Below, piece after piece: positions 49,450 to 63,780 of a stretch of 64,000 nucleotides of DNA. Positions within the stretch are counted from its first letter, which is position 1. Each line of letters begins with the position of its first letter. Position numbers and translations under genes: made by a program. The notes beneath the pieces were generated by a model, which made no database searches, had not been told where the DNA came from, and saw nothing but the letters and a program-made list of their open reading frames with translations. The DNA is taken from the NCBI RefSeq assembly GCF_037042905.1, contig NC_087251.1, forward strand, positions 39,494,001-39,558,000, in the 5' to 3' direction. Origin of the DNA: Lytechinus pictus (lineage: Eukaryota).

Positions 49450-50640
49450 TACAACAATGCTTTGTACAGTTTCGGTCGCATGTGAACATTTATTGATGTT
49501 CAAAGCAATTAGTACTATGGAAATTAAAAAAAATTGATCCAGACTTCAATTTGAATAAGAAAGAATGAATTTGATTATATTATGAGTATTAACATTATTT
49601 TATTCTCCAACTTCTTACTTGATGATATTCCCTAAAAACCTGGTATATTCAGTTACCGAAAATGTTGAATTTTAGAAGTCTATTCATTACCCTTTTTCAG
49701 TCCATTTTTTTCAATATGATCATCGATATAACTTTTATTTGCATCAACATTACCATTGTTGTAAATGTTGTACATCATCACAATTTTTTATTTCATTTAC
49801 ATTTATCGTTATCACCATCATTATAAAAGTATTTTATTTCGAAGATAAAAGGAAATAGTGAGTTGAGGAAACAACTTCTATTATTATATACTTGAAATCA
49901 GAATTGTTTCCTTGTCAGCTAGAAATGTTTGTACGAGTGGCAAATTAAAACCACTGTATTAAAAATACAGTATCGTTCTGGTCATAGCTGATAAATTTCA
50001 ATTTATACTACGCAAATAAAGGGTCATTGACTTGTTTGCCTTTGCCGCTGATATCATATAATATTTAGTTTCTGATTTTCAAATGGAGTATTTCCCAGAA
50101 ATATTATTTGTTCATTTATTTTTAAAGAACCCCTATGTCTGAAAAGGGGGTTCCATGGCATTTTCTCCGGCGACAATTGCTCTGATGGAAAATCTACATG
50201 TTATGTCAAATATGAAATCTAACCTCCAACACTAAATAGACCCTAATCCTTATCTTTACATTATTCTGAACCAAAAACTCTATTCCAATTCTAACTCCAA
50301 TATGGTGTCAAAAAGTAGAAAAAATTGGAGTTATGGGTTTGTCGTTCAAATTTGGACCACAACTCAAGCTACAGTTTCCCTTACTAAATTGGTAATTCCA
50401 TCGAGTTGGGCCCAAAAGTTACAAGATGTCTGTGTAACTTAGTTATCAATTATTCTATTTCACAGTGAAGATTGGCTAACTTTCAATGTGTCAATGTGCC
50501 GAAGGTCTCCTACCATAGCAATTTGTGTTTGATTTTGAAATCTTTTCTGGATTTGTTTTTGTTCAATTGAACATTTAAACAATGTTACATGGACATCACC
50601 GACATATCATTGGCAGTAGACTCTCAGGTCTGTAATCGCA

Positions 50641-51525
50641 AAATAATAATAATAACCGGCTTTTATACATCGGAACGACGTCTCTAAAGCGGTTTACAGA
50701 TATATTATTGAGCACTTTTAGAAATGTACGTCCACATAGTGGACTGGTACGAGATGACGTCATTTTTTGGCGTTCCATATGCCTCAGGTCCTCACACACG
50801 TCCACTATCAGAATCGAGAACCTCGCCACATCCATTTTGTGGTTCTCCTAAATCATAGACGACGTGCACGTGAGTGACGTCATTTTAACCGCTCAAGCCC
50901 AGCATGAAGATCAACCTTTCCCTTTTAAAACACAGTTTTCAGTGACTTTTCACAAAATTAATGTAAGTTGTACAATGCATTCTGTTTATCATATTTGAAA
51001 TTGCTTTCTGATCTCCAAAATATACATCGATATATATCCTAACTCGCGTAAAAAGGAATCAAAGCAAGTGAAAGGGCACATGTGCACAAGTTGCACCTTC
51101 GCATCACCCGACTGGGTCGCTAGGCGATGGTGCGCCAGATCTTGCGGGTCGGGCAGCGTGTCATGACCCGCTGATTATCGCGCTGTTTCATGTGGACGTA
51201 CGTCGTACACGTACAAGTCGAGTGAAATCTAAAGGATTCGCATCTGTAGTGAACAAGGGCAGACGACGACGTTGACTCGAACGATCAGATGACTGCTACG
51301 TCGTTCACGTTCACTGCTCCTAAAACTCTCTAGTACTCTGGTCATCGGATCCTGGCATGCCCGCATGCTTTTGCATCCTACCGGGTACCCATTCAACACC
51401 TGGGTGGAGAGTGGCAAATTGTAGATTGATGACTTGCCAAAGGATGCTAGGCCATGGTAAGATTCGAACACACGACCCTCTGATTACGAGGCGAGAGTCC
51501 GAACCGCTACACCACCATGCTTCCA
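50641..51525 (-). mobile_element. tRNA-derived SINE, apparently split by a DNA element (about 50717-51234)
   Basis: Head with A/B boxes 51440-51525, core ccactctccacccaggtgttgaatgggtacc, (tta)n tail at 50641-50710; the insert has IR gtacgtccaca/tgtggacgtac. Confidence 0.7.
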
Positions 51526-52991
51526 TGATGTTTGATGAGTAAACCTTAGTGGGCCTCTTTCCCTGATTATTGGAAGATATTTACTTAGTTTAAATGAGAC
51601 ACGTTTTTTAAATTCTGATATGTAACAAAAACGTACCTAGCCCGATGAAATGACCCAAATGCATCACTGAAGGATCGCTTTATATTCTGTTTTGACCCAT
51701 GGACATGGACTTCGTAACGTATGGCTCTTAGTCTTTTCCCCACTTATTGCAATCATATAAAGGTTTTAGGTTATAATATTGCTCAATGTTTGTATAATAT
51801 TCGTCCTCTGTGTATGAAAATACCCTATTGATACTATCAGTAAAATTTCAAATGAAACGAAGCCCTGATTGCTTGGTTGACGAGCAAGCAAGGGTGTTTG
51901 GAAGCATTTGAATTTCATGAAAAATAAAGTCAGACTTTCATTGGCAATTTTGCTCTGAGCCAATCAGATGCAAGGATTTCAGTAGCTTATAATAATCAGT
52001 CAGTGAATGTTTGTTTCATGAAAAGCTTCCCTGTATTTGAAATCCCTGGTATGAGGATGAGAGTGATCAATACCCCGTTTAGATCTGTCTCGTTCTAGCG
52101 TCACACCAGACAATCGTCTGGAACGAGCATGGCATGAAATTCTTTATCAAACCACAAGGTACACATGCTAGGGCTGTTTAGATAAGAACAAACGTCTGCC
52201 GTAATCGCAAGATGCGCTGTGATCGTACTTATTCCAGTGAGAGAAAAACACTCACTCAATCAGTTCTGAAACATTTCTATTTTTTCATTTTTCCAACAAC
52301 TATGTATTTTTCTTTATTTTAATCTTTCTTCTCTTCTCTTTTCTTCAATCAATTATGTATTTCATTGTTTTGAGTTTTGTATCATATTTCCTTCTATCAA
52401 TTCTTTTGTATTTTTTAAATTTTTCATTCATATTTTCTTCCATCAATTCTTTTGTATTTCTATGTTTTAATTTTCTTGCATCTTTTTTCTATGAATTATT
52501 TTGAGATATTACTATGTTTAAACTCTTCTTTCATCTTTTCCTCAATCAATTATTATTTATTTCTTTGTTTTATTTTTTTCTTTCGTCTTTTCTTCTAGAT
52601 TTAGATTAAGATCTAAACGGGGTACGAGATTAATCAGGGGGATCGAGGGTGGCCAGCGGGACCAAAATTTAGAGAGCCAAGCAGAGCTTAGCTTGGGGTT
52701 AATGAGAAGGGTTGATCAGGGATGGTACTTCAATGAGATGAGTGAGAGAAGGAGAGAAATAGAGAGTGAGATAGACAGAGGGAGAGGCAGAGAATAAGAG
52801 AGACAGATGGGTAGACAGAGAGAGAGAGAGAGAGCAATATGACTGTCCGGTCTTTCATCCGCGTATACTGGCTATCCTTTATGAATTTAAATTGAATTGA
52901 ACTGAACATTGATGACCCATGGTAGTCAAAGATATATTCATGATCAAAGTGATGAGTAATCAGATATAATACTGATAATTTTATCCACATT

Positions 52992-53192
52992 GGAGGCGCG
53001 ATAGCTCAGTCGGTAGAGCGGGGGTTTCGGATTCCGGTGACCCGTGTTCGATTCCCAAATGGTGCGCTAGTGCCCTTTGGTAAGGCATTTATCCTCATTA
53101 CCAGGTCCCTCTGAGAGGACCTTAAGCTGTTGGTCCCCTGGTTGCTTGCTCACAGGCATTCGTGCTTTCTTAGCAGTCAGGTAAAAAAAAAC
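52992..53192 (+). mobile_element. tRNA-derived SINE (a different family)
   Basis: A box tagctcagtcgg, B box gttcgattccc, body gtgccctttggtaaggcattt..gaccttaagctgttggtcc, A-tail. Confidence 0.85.
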
Positions 53193-54776
53193 CTTGGTAA
53201 ACCAAATAAATATATCTGTCTCTGGTTTGTAACAGAGATAATAATAGACAATTACAACAAAGAAAATACACAAATATAAAGGAATTCAGAAGTCAGAAAT
53301 GGATAAAAAAAAAGATGGATGACTAAAAGCATTACAACATGCATAGGAGTGTGGGCAAGAGGATGGATGAGCACTAGCAGTAAGTTATGCAGAATAGATT
53401 AGTCAAAAGTCACATTGGAATACTAATTACTGAAAAAGACAGAGTTGAGGAGGAGGGGGAGGAGAAGAGAAAGAAAAAGAAAGACAGAATAAACAAGTGA
53501 ACAAAAGCAGGGGGTCATTTAGCGCAGCAATAAGAGAGAGAGAGAGAAAGCCATAGACTGGAGAGTGGAAAATGGCTTGTAATGGGCATGTATACATTGT
53601 AGATAACAAATGAGATAAGCTGACATGGTGGTAAATTGACAAGCATTTTGCATCTTCAGTTGATTGCATTCTGTCATTACCAATCCCGCCTCTTATTAAA
53701 ATGTAAATGGCTCCTCATCATGACAGAGGAGATTATCTAGGATGGAATGGTTCCTACCCTTTTCGGTTCCATTGTCTCTTTTGCATGCTATGCAGTGCGT
53801 CCCACAAGAAAAGGAAACCCGCCTTTATAGAGTTAGATATCACAATGATTAAATATGTTTAGATCCTGAATCTAACATTAATGGTAAGAATGAACTTTCT
53901 TCTTTGATTTGAGACGAAATATTTAGTGAATTTTTCATGAATTGCAGAGTAAAATCAATAAATACTAAAGGCATATCAGAAACGATTTGCGCAGAATCTC
54001 ACAAGTAAATCTGCATCCACTCCCATTTAGAAATTAGTGAAAGCATTGCCAATGGGAGGATCTCCATAGCATTACTGATTTTGACATTTCATCTTATTGT
54101 TTGTCCAATTATTTTTCTTAAACTTACATTGATCTTATTCTTTGGTTTTTTCTGTTTTCATACAATCTAAATTGTTTCAAGGGTTTTATTCACCTTGAAT
54201 TGAGTATTTAATGGCAAAAGAGTGACAGTATGATTGAAAATTTGATCTTTCCCAATCTTCATCAAACGTTGAGAATATATATATATATTTTATTGGGAAC
54301 TGATGGGCGTCCATCACCTTATCAATTGACCTGAGACTCGATAATATGGTTATTTTTACCCACTACTTGCAGAATGATTGTTGTATGGAACACCCCAGTG
54401 CTTAGTTAGAATTTACTCAGCGACACCTAGTCACCTGCTCAGTATTATTTTGATTTTTCCCCTCATCTCCTATTCATTGATTTTTTTTTATCCCTCCAGT
54501 CTTTTTCTCCACCCTTTTACTTTCTCTCATCTATGCAAATTTTGTTTTGATTTTGCTCAGACTCCTTTATAAAATATATTTCATATCTTTCTCTAATGCT
54601 TTTTTGTTATAAGGCATAATACTCTAGCTTTCTCTTCAAAAACTTTCTCTCCTTTTTTGCACCTAATTTTTAGATTCAGTATTTTCTTTTTATATATTCA
54701 TCTCTAGCTATCTTGCTTGTCATCAATCATATTCTCTCTATCTCTTTCCCCTTCCCTTTCTCTCCCCTATCTCAGT

Positions 54777-55249
54777 AGGTGGTTTCAAACCACCTCAATC
54801 ACAAGAATCCTTGTTGAATTACAAGAACTTTTTCAGGCTAAAAAAATCCTGTTTATTATTCCGGCATTCACACTGCCCTAAAACATATCCTTTGGGATAA
54901 GTTCCTCCTGAAGTAAAAGCATGCGCAGTATGGTCTGATAAGCAAGCAAGGCGCAAAATGCACAATTGCTAGTTTAGTAGCCACCCATGGCGCCCGCGCC
55001 CAACTGCAAGCTGGCCTTAAAGTTCCCATAATTTTCTTTTACAATGCCAAAATACCTAAGACCTAGGGCAAAATCCCCGCGAAAGTTCTTGTAATTATGA
55101 CAAGTACCTTAGTAGGTGGGTATTTTCTTCTGGGGAGATTATGTGTAATTTGCTCTCACACTACCCAAATTACCTGGTATTTTCTGATCGGGTATAGATC
55201 AGCCGATCAGAAAGTACCTGGAACTGACGAACTTTGAGGCGGTTCACCT
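54777..55249. mobile_element. MITE (family C), inverted relative to 60556-61034
   Basis: aggtggtttcaaaccacctc...gaactgacgaactttgaggcgg; reverse-complement homology over the full length. Confidence 0.85.
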
Positions 55250-58200
55250 TATCTGTCTTCCTCCTCTCTTTCTCTCTACACCCGTCTATATCTCTCCCCT
55301 CTCTTTATCTCTCTTCTCTCTCTATTCCCCCTCTCCTTAACTCTTTCTTCCCCTCTCTCTTTTTCTATCTCACTTTCTTCCTCCTCTCTCTGTATCTCTC
55401 CCCCTCTCTCATCTATTCTCTATCTGTCTCTATCTCTCTCCTTGTCCTTCATTTTACCATCCCTGTGTCAGTCAGTACTTTGAGCCATCAGTGAATTTAG
55501 ACTGACAATCAATCAATTTGTTATTATCGTCATGGTGACATTGTTATCAAGCCACATGCTTTGTGTAAAGTCCTTCGCTTGAGTTGTAGCAATGAGCGGT
55601 TTTGAAAGCCAGAACCAATAAAGCTAAATACTTAAGGCACAACTCCCTATCTTGAATTCAATGAACTGCATAATTTGTTAATTGTTTTTATGTGTAAACG
55701 AACAGAGAGGTGCCTGGGAGATGTAGTCTCTGAACAACAGACACCATTGATCATGGTAGCATTATATACATTGTGTCTGTGAGTTTAGCCTATAATTGGC
55801 TAATTACTGTAAAGTGACTGTAACAATTTCTTTAGACAGCACTCAGAAACATCGATAGGCATTTCACATTAGCAAAATTGGCTTAGTCCCATACTTCTAC
55901 TGGGCTAATGCCTAATTATCCTGAGCATGGTTTCTGTGAAACTGGTTTTCAAAAAAGTAAAAAAGTAAACCCTTCTAAGCCCTGTTTCAGTGTCACTTGT
56001 TGGATGATTTTCTTTTTTGTTTTTTTAGTTGGCTGAGAAGCACTGTTTCCATGGTAACTGTCAGATGAAAAAAAATATCTGACAAATCCTTTCATGATCC
56101 CAGTTTTTTTTACTAGTTCAAAAGGTTACAACCTTGAGATTAGATTTGCATTGCTATTTTTTGAATTGCTAAATGGCACTTTTTGTGTTAATCTTTCCTT
56201 GTCCTTCAGTCATATTTACTAGAATATATATTCCATTATGGTATTGTTGAAAAATATTAAAATATAATTTCAAGGTTTGCCATCTATAGTAGATGTGAAA
56301 TAAGGGATACACAAAAGTAGGTTGATAGCGAATTATATTGCCTTGTCAAGAATGCACTATTGCTTTTTATTGCCCTGTGGCCTTGATGGTCGTGTATGTA
56401 CTAACTTGCCACTATCTTGATTGTGCACTTAATTGAGCAGGCCGCTAATATTGCATGCTAATGGGTGTAATGGAGTCAGGTAATGAGGTGAAAGTTGTCA
56501 TTCTCCGTTTTAGCAGTGAAAGGTGCATAGCAGAATGGAGCAGTTAGTTTTGGCCATTTAATTTGAAAATTGTGTTTTCTCATGCTTACTAAAATTCTGC
56601 TCGCTCTCTCTCTCTCTCTCTCCCTCTTCCTCTCTCTCTCCTTTTCACTATCTTTTATTATCTTTCAATAATGTTTATTTCAATAAATTCACAATACAAA
56701 AAACTGTTTTCCCTACCTTTTTTCTCACCCCTTCCCATTTGTATATGTATAAGGAAAGCCCCCCCCCCCCCGCAAAAAACTCCACTCCAATTGAATTCAC
56801 TAATCTGCCTCAAACCATGTTGCATTTGCATTTTTTTAATTTCTACTTTTCCTCTTTGCATCACATAAAACAGTGTCTCTGTTTTGTTTAGTCAATTTCT
56901 CACATGTGATACATCTCTCTTTTGATTTTGGTTTTTTCTTTCAATCCAATTTTTCCCTCACTTTATTTATTGTTCCATTTTCTATTTACCCCAATATATT
57001 ACATTTCCGGTTTGTCTATTCCATTTACATGTATTTATTGATTTGTGTTCCCTTTCTTAATTTATTCCATCTTCAAGGCTTATCGTATTCGTGTTTAATG
57101 CCCCTCTGTCTCTCCTTGTCTCCACTATCTCTGCCTGTCTGTTTCACCCCCCCCCCCTCTCTCTATCTCTGAACCCCATCTCCAAACCCATTTCACATAC
57201 TACCCTTTCCTATGCTCCCGTTTAATCTCTCTTACTATCTTCTATCAGCCTTTGGTATATATTCCCCACTCATCGCTTTTCACTTTCAGCGCTGATCAGT
57301 CCGCCTCTTGCATTAGTGTACACAGGACCCGCTAAATCTCTTGCATAGTGTGTACACAACCACACACATCAATACACGTCTATGTAAACATGTATTGTAT
57401 GCTACCCTGTATGAACAGCTCCCATTAGTGCAGGCTAAGCGAGGGCTATAACCAGTCGTACTGCCCCCATGATCAGTTAATGGTTGAAAATATTACATTT
57501 TACCCGCATAAAGGGGCTAATTTACTGATAATGACTTAGGCTATGGCCTTATTGCTTTAAAAGACAACTAAGTATTCATCTGATTCAATTTTTGTTTTCT
57601 ATTCAGATGTCATTAATAGGCTTATGTTTTGTAGTAATTCATCATCATGATTTTATTCTGAGAATGAGTGGTCTGATTATACTAGTATGAGTTCGCTTAT
57701 TGGTTATGCTCCAAACTTCCAATATTACTGTGTGGTCATTAAGAACTATAACCCAGAATTGATTCAACTATGGCCCACTTTCTTTGGTTATATGTACTGG
57801 TATTTAGTATAGTTTATACGTAGTGTATAATGTGTACATTTCTGATCAGAATATCCTGAAAGCTTTCCAAAAACCACAACGCATAATGTATGTCTGCTAT
57901 ACAGAAATACAATCTAATCTATTTAGATTTCAATTAATTTATAATTGTTTAAACATCGGTTTATTATGTTGATTTCACTTACTGCACACAGAAAAAATGA
58001 CTCTATTACCAGTATTATTAGTTACTTATTGACAATTAGAACAGATGGCCAGGCAACGTTAGCTCAATGTGTAAAATGGGATTGAATTGATATTTGATGC
58101 AAAATATTGACAACTTTTCTGATAAGCACCAGACATTCAACATTTTTAAAAATGATTCATATTCATTGTTAAAACCTGTTTTCCGCCTGACATTTAATTC

Positions 58201-59446
58201 CAATTCACAGACAAGACTTTTTTTAAATTCAGACATTGAAAGTATCTTTTTCGTTTTTGCTAAATATCAAATAAGCATTCCATAAAAAAGTTGCATTCAC
58301 AATCACTGTTTATTTTTCATGAAACGTAAAATATACAATCAGTTATATAAATTATATTTTTTACTGTTTACGAGATCCATCAATGAATAAAAGTCAGACT
58401 GTACTTTCAGTGTTTACATGTTTTGTACGTGTCATCCGTGTGTCTCGGTCTTGTGTACAACAAATCTAAAGTTATTACGAGCCTCCGAGCGAGATATGCT
58501 GGTAGTCTTAGTGTAAAGATCAATTACACATTGAATGTCAGTGGAAGACACTAGAAGATGTTCTTTCATGGCAACCATTCTGTATTCAGGACATGTATTT
58601 CGTTAATTGCAGCATTATTTAGAACCTTGAAAACATGCCAGGTTCTTGAACAGAAGGGGAAAATATTTTTGCCTACAGAATAATCATAATATATCAATTT
58701 TTGCATGTGATGTCAGAAATTCAGAAATAAACTGAAATTTTTAAACACAGTCATTAATCATTACTGCTCTGATGAAAATGTATACCATTGAAAACAACAA
58801 TTTTAGGCATACATTTTTAAGATGTACATTGTTCATTTATCATCTCATAATAAGCGCTCTTTGTCACTTATAGTACAGACTTGGGACTAGGTATTATTTT
58901 GAGAATGTAGAGGTAAAATTAATGGTGCCGTTTGTCAGATATCAATTTGTTTTAGATATGCCTGTTTCGTAAGTGATTTATTAATGATGGTTTCTTTCCT
59001 GGTATCTCTTAAACCTCCAAGTGAATAAGCTACACTACATGACATGTAATCCAGTTTCCTTGTTGCTAGGACAGGTAAACCTCAGTCAAGCGTTTTAGGT
59101 TTACAGGAGCAATAAAGTTTTCAGTTGATAAATATATCGGCCTATACGAAAGAAATTTAAAAGGAGTATATGAATAGACTTAATGGCCTATTGATCAAAT
59201 TAATTTGTAAAAATCCTACAATTTTTTTTCTAAGAATATGTATTGTATGAATTTTGATAAACTATAAATGCAACAATAAAACAGTTATGGCTTTATATAT
59301 TGTGAAAGGATTGAATAGCCTGGAAATCTTCAACCTGTCAAAACTGGCATTTTTGTCCTCATAACCCATTTATCACCTACATGTTCACCCCACCAAACTT
59401 CTCATTGCATATTGTTTTGAAGAAAAAATGTGTTTAGATAATCTAG

Positions 59447-59955
59447 GGGTGTGTTCAATGTCGATTTACAAATTTAAACAGCAACATCAATCATGATTGA
59501 AAACTCAATTATAAAATACCAAACGCAAACACGATCAGTGGTGCACCGTTCAGTGTGCAAAAATACAGCATAAAGCCGTTTATATGTTGATCGTTTTGAA
59601 ATTTCCCATAGTGCAGCTTTAGTGCGCAGTTTGATCCATCACAAGATAAGTTCTGGCACCGGTTTGTGTAAGCATCCACTGCGAGAGCAAATTTGAAGAC
59701 GTTTCAAAACTGTGTTCAATGTCGCATTCGTGATGCTCACGGTCGTAAAATTTGAGCTGATTGCCTTTACAAATGCATTTTTTCGACCTATAAATTTTCC
59801 TCAGAATCATGATTTGAAAGACTTTACTTTAACGACCGGGAATGGAGGACATTGAACACATCCTTTGCTTCTTATTATATCCGCGTTTTGGAATCACCTT
59901 TGCAATCACGTTTCATGTTGCCGTTTAAATTGGGAATTCGACATTGAACACACCC
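59447..59955. mobile_element. Harbinger-like MITE
   Basis: TIR gggtgtgttcaatgtcga / tcgacattgaacacaccc. Confidence 0.85.
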
Positions 59956-60555
59956 TAATTATTCTAATTTGGCACTCCTGAAGCTTCTGATATTTGGATC
60001 GAAATTGGAGTTTTCCTCCCGTAAAATTGTTATGATCGTTCTTGTATGGATATTGGATATACAGATGTATGTCACCGCTGTGATCATCGATCAGAATAAA
60101 TACGAGAAATCTTGATGTCTGTATTCTTCATTAGCTTCCGAATGGGAGCGATGGAAAACAGATCACGGTGTACCCCCTCTGGTTTTGTTGTGGTGAAATT
60201 TTCTTGGTATACTATAGCCTCAGGTCTCTTTATGTTTTATCAATCAAATCTCAGTGGATCATGTGTTTTATGTGTTTTCCAGTATTTCAATCTCATACTT
60301 CATTTCTCACACCCCCTAAATCTTATGAGGTTAATAAATATAATCTTTGATCTTCCCCATAAGTATAACATGTTACATTTGTTTGGTAAAGGGAGGGCAA
60401 TATTTTAACTATGGCTCAATGGTGTACAAAGTTGAAACCATTTTTAGGGTAAATTTGTGGTTTAACATGCAAACCAGTTAACTGCAGAAATAAAAATAGT
60501 TGAGATAGCATTGTCACATTTATCTATTCTTTTCATCATTCTATTAGTTCTCATT

Positions 60556-61034
60556 AGGTGGTTTCAGACCGCCTCGAAGTTCGTCAGTTCCAGGTATTCT
60601 CTCATGATCGGGAAAGTTACCCCGATCAGAAAATACCAGGTATTTTGGTAATGTGAAAGCAAACTTCGCGTAATTTCCCCGAAAGAAAATACCCGCCAAA
60701 TAGTAGGTACTTGGCGAAATTACGAGAACTTTCCGGGGAATTTTTCCAAGGTCGCAGGTATTTTGGCAATGTGAAAGCAATTTACGGGAACTTTTAGCCC
60801 AGCGTGTCGTTGGGCGCGGGTGCCGTGGGTGGCTGCTGGGCTAGTGGTTTTGAATCTCGCGCCTTGCCTGCTTATTAGACCATACTGCGCACGCTCCTAA
60901 CTTCAGGAATTTATCCCGAAGCGTATGTTTTGTGGCGGTGTGAATGCAGGAATAATTAATGGGTATTTTTTAGCCTAAAAATGTTCTCGTAATTTAACGG
61001 GGATTCTTGTGATCGAGGCGGTTTGAAACCGCCT
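60556..61034. mobile_element. MITE (family C), ATT TSD
   Basis: att|aggtggtttcagaccgcctcga...tcgaggcggtttgaaaccgcct|att. Confidence 0.9.
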
Positions 61035-61594
61035 ATTGTGAGAGTCAAAGGTTTTCACTGACATCGGTTTGCTTGACCACTAGAGGGGTAGGACTATATT
61101 TTGGGCAACTAATCGACAAAGGCTAAATGTTGTTTGGGACCTCAATTAATAACTGAAAAAAAATTGATTGTCATTGAAAATTTGTGTGTTAATGAATCAT
61201 TTGGTTCTATAAATCAAGATGTTTGTTAAGTTAAACATGGAGGTTTCAAAGTGAAGTCTTGTTTGTGCATCTATATGAATCAAAATCCAACAGACAACAA
61301 GAAACTTCTTAGGTATTTCAATGGAAGACACAATTTGTGAGACCCCAATTTCATTTTGTAATGATATTCACGGCACCATTTCCCTGCAAAGTCCAAGAAA
61401 GTGTTTTCCTGCATGGATTCTGGACATTTTTTTTTCCAATTACCATGGTTTTATACCATCCTGGGGCAAGTTACAATTTCTATAAGGATTTGGTAACAAT
61501 TGACCAGGAAGTTCCTCTGATTTTAGGACACTAGGCACATTCAGACTAACTCGAAAATCAGGCATTCTTTTAAATTTACCTTTTTTTTTTAAAG

Positions 61595-61750
61595 AGAGAG
61601 CCGTGGTGAAGTGGCTCTGACTCTTGCCTCGTAATCAAAGGGCTGTGTGTTTGAATCCCACCTCAGCCTAGCAGCCTTTGGCTTGGCGTCAATCCACACT
61701 TTGCCACTCTCCACCCCTCTCCATCCAGGTGCTAAATGGGTATCTGGTAT
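61595..61750 (+). mobile_element. tRNA-derived SINE, same family as 51360-51525
   Basis: gtggtgaagtggctctgactcttgcctcgtaatca..tttgccactctccacc..ccaggtgctaaatgggta. Confidence 0.8.
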
Positions 61751-61958
61751 AGGATGTGAAACTGTCTACACTGTGGTTTCAGATTTTGCACAAAACATGT
61801 GACCACACTGAGAGCATTCTCATAGCAACAAGGCCGCTTTACGTGAAGTGGTTTTGAAAATCATTTTCGGGTGATCAGGTGGGAACGCTAGCAAAGCGAT
61901 CTTCCAAACTGGTTTCCAGTAAACTAGTTTTATAAGGTATAATGATAATGGTGTCTTA

Positions 61959-62412
61959 CCGCCTTTTCACACAGGGTAAACAAATTGTAATTTGAATGAT
62001 GATTCCAGTGAAAAAGAAGGCCAACAACAAATTTTAGCACATGTGAAACTAAACTAGAATCACGAACACTAATCACAATCACAAATTCAACTCCGGAGGT
62101 GAATTCCAGTTTCACTCAAATTACGGTACGAATTTTACGTGCGAAAGGCTTGACATTTAAAACATCTTTTGGTGGGCGTAAACTAGCTTACGTTTCCTTT
62201 CAAGCATTTCCGTAGATAATACAGTTGTCATGCACTCGTCGTATCGATGCAGTGCTTTGATTGACAAGTCACCAAGGACACATTCTGCCTTTGCTCGGGA
62301 ATTCAAATTTAAATCACAGTTTTCGAGTGGGCGTGTGAAAGATCCGATGATTCTTAAGACGGATTGCAATCATCAATACAATGAAGATTCAAGATTTACG
62401 TGTGAAAAGCCC
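61959..62412. mobile_element. MITE
   Basis: TIR cttttcacac / gtgtgaaaag. Confidence 0.55.
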
Positions 62413-63310
62413 TTAGATATTTTGTTAATGGTCATTTAGATTTGAGCGGTTAGCCCTTTGCCCCACTCCCCAATCAATATGGAGAGAAGACATGTTTTTC
62501 TTGCGCGTAGTCCATTTAGTAAATTGATTAAGGGCAAAGATGTTGGCTAATATGTTGACTTATGTATCCCTTGTGCACTATTTAGGCTACGTGCTTGTTA
62601 TATCAGTAAAACAACTCAAATTCTAGGAATTGCCAGCGGGTCATCGAAGCTATTCTACATGTTTGTGTATTGTGCTCTTTCCTTTCTATTAAAGTGAAAT
62701 CTATTTCATGAAAATATTCCCAAAAGGAAATATTATTATGCATACTCTGCAGATGATAAATCTAGATTTTGTATAGATAAAGCGTAATTTACTTTTATGT
62801 GCTTAGGATATGATTTTCAAAAAAAAAATTCCCTTTGAATATATCATGTATTCTATTTTGCACTGAAGTCATTAAAATGAATCATAATACGTCTGGATTT
62901 TTTTATATGATAATAATAATAACACTTGAAGTTCATAAAGTGCATAATAATTGATGAACACTATCTAATTTCTTTACAAATATCAATTTTCTAAATTATA
63001 CATTAGACCTAAATATTTCATACGTATTAGAGCAAATCGCATCAACACATAGAAATGACAAAATTAATGAAAACAGATAATATCTAACTACTACATACTG
63101 TATCCAACATTATAAACATTAATTTGAAAATAGATGAGAACAGATTTTAATTATGAAAATTTTAGCTGAATTGTGTTTAAATTTACTGGCCTAGATAGCA
63201 AGGAGGTCTAGGTCACAGTGAGGTATTATGTTTCATATGAATTTTTTCTCTCATTTAATAGTATCATAAGCTTGCTGGTAGGCTGCGAAAGAGAATGTAC
63301 ACCTTGCTTG

Positions 63311-63780
63311 ATTTTTGTCTCACCTGAATATAGCAGAGTGAGACTGTAGGCGCCGCTTTTCTTCGGCGGCGTCATCATCAAATCTTAACCGAAGGTTAAG
63401 TTTTTGAAATGTCATCATAACCTAGAAAGTATATGGACCTGGTTCATGAAACTTGGCCATAAGGGTAATCAAATATTACTGAACATCCTGACTTTCAAGT
63501 CACATGGCCAAGGTCAAAGGTCATTTAGGGTCAATGAACTTTGGCCAAGTTAGGGATATCTGTTAAATTACCATCATAACTTTGAAAGTTTATGGAGCTG
63601 ATTCATGAAACTTGGGCATAAGAGTATTCAAGTATCACTGAACATCCTGTGCGAGTTTCAGGTCACATGACCAAGGTCAAAGGACATTAAGGTTGATGAG
63701 CTTTGCCCATGCTGGAGATAATTGCTGTTATAAGTTTGAAAGTTTATGGATATAGTTTATGAATTGTGGTCATATTGTAA
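63311..63780 (+). mobile_element. Second, 3'-truncated copy of the HINE-like element
   Basis: tttttgtctcacctg..gcagagtgagact.taggcgccgctttt followed by the same tandem units as 16000-16998. Confidence 0.9.

Noticed and set aside
52992-53068. tRNA gene
   Set aside because: A/B boxes are present but there is no clean cloverleaf or T-terminator, and it continues into a SINE body and A-tail. The same applies to the heads at 26.0, 30.3, 51.5 and 61.6 kb.
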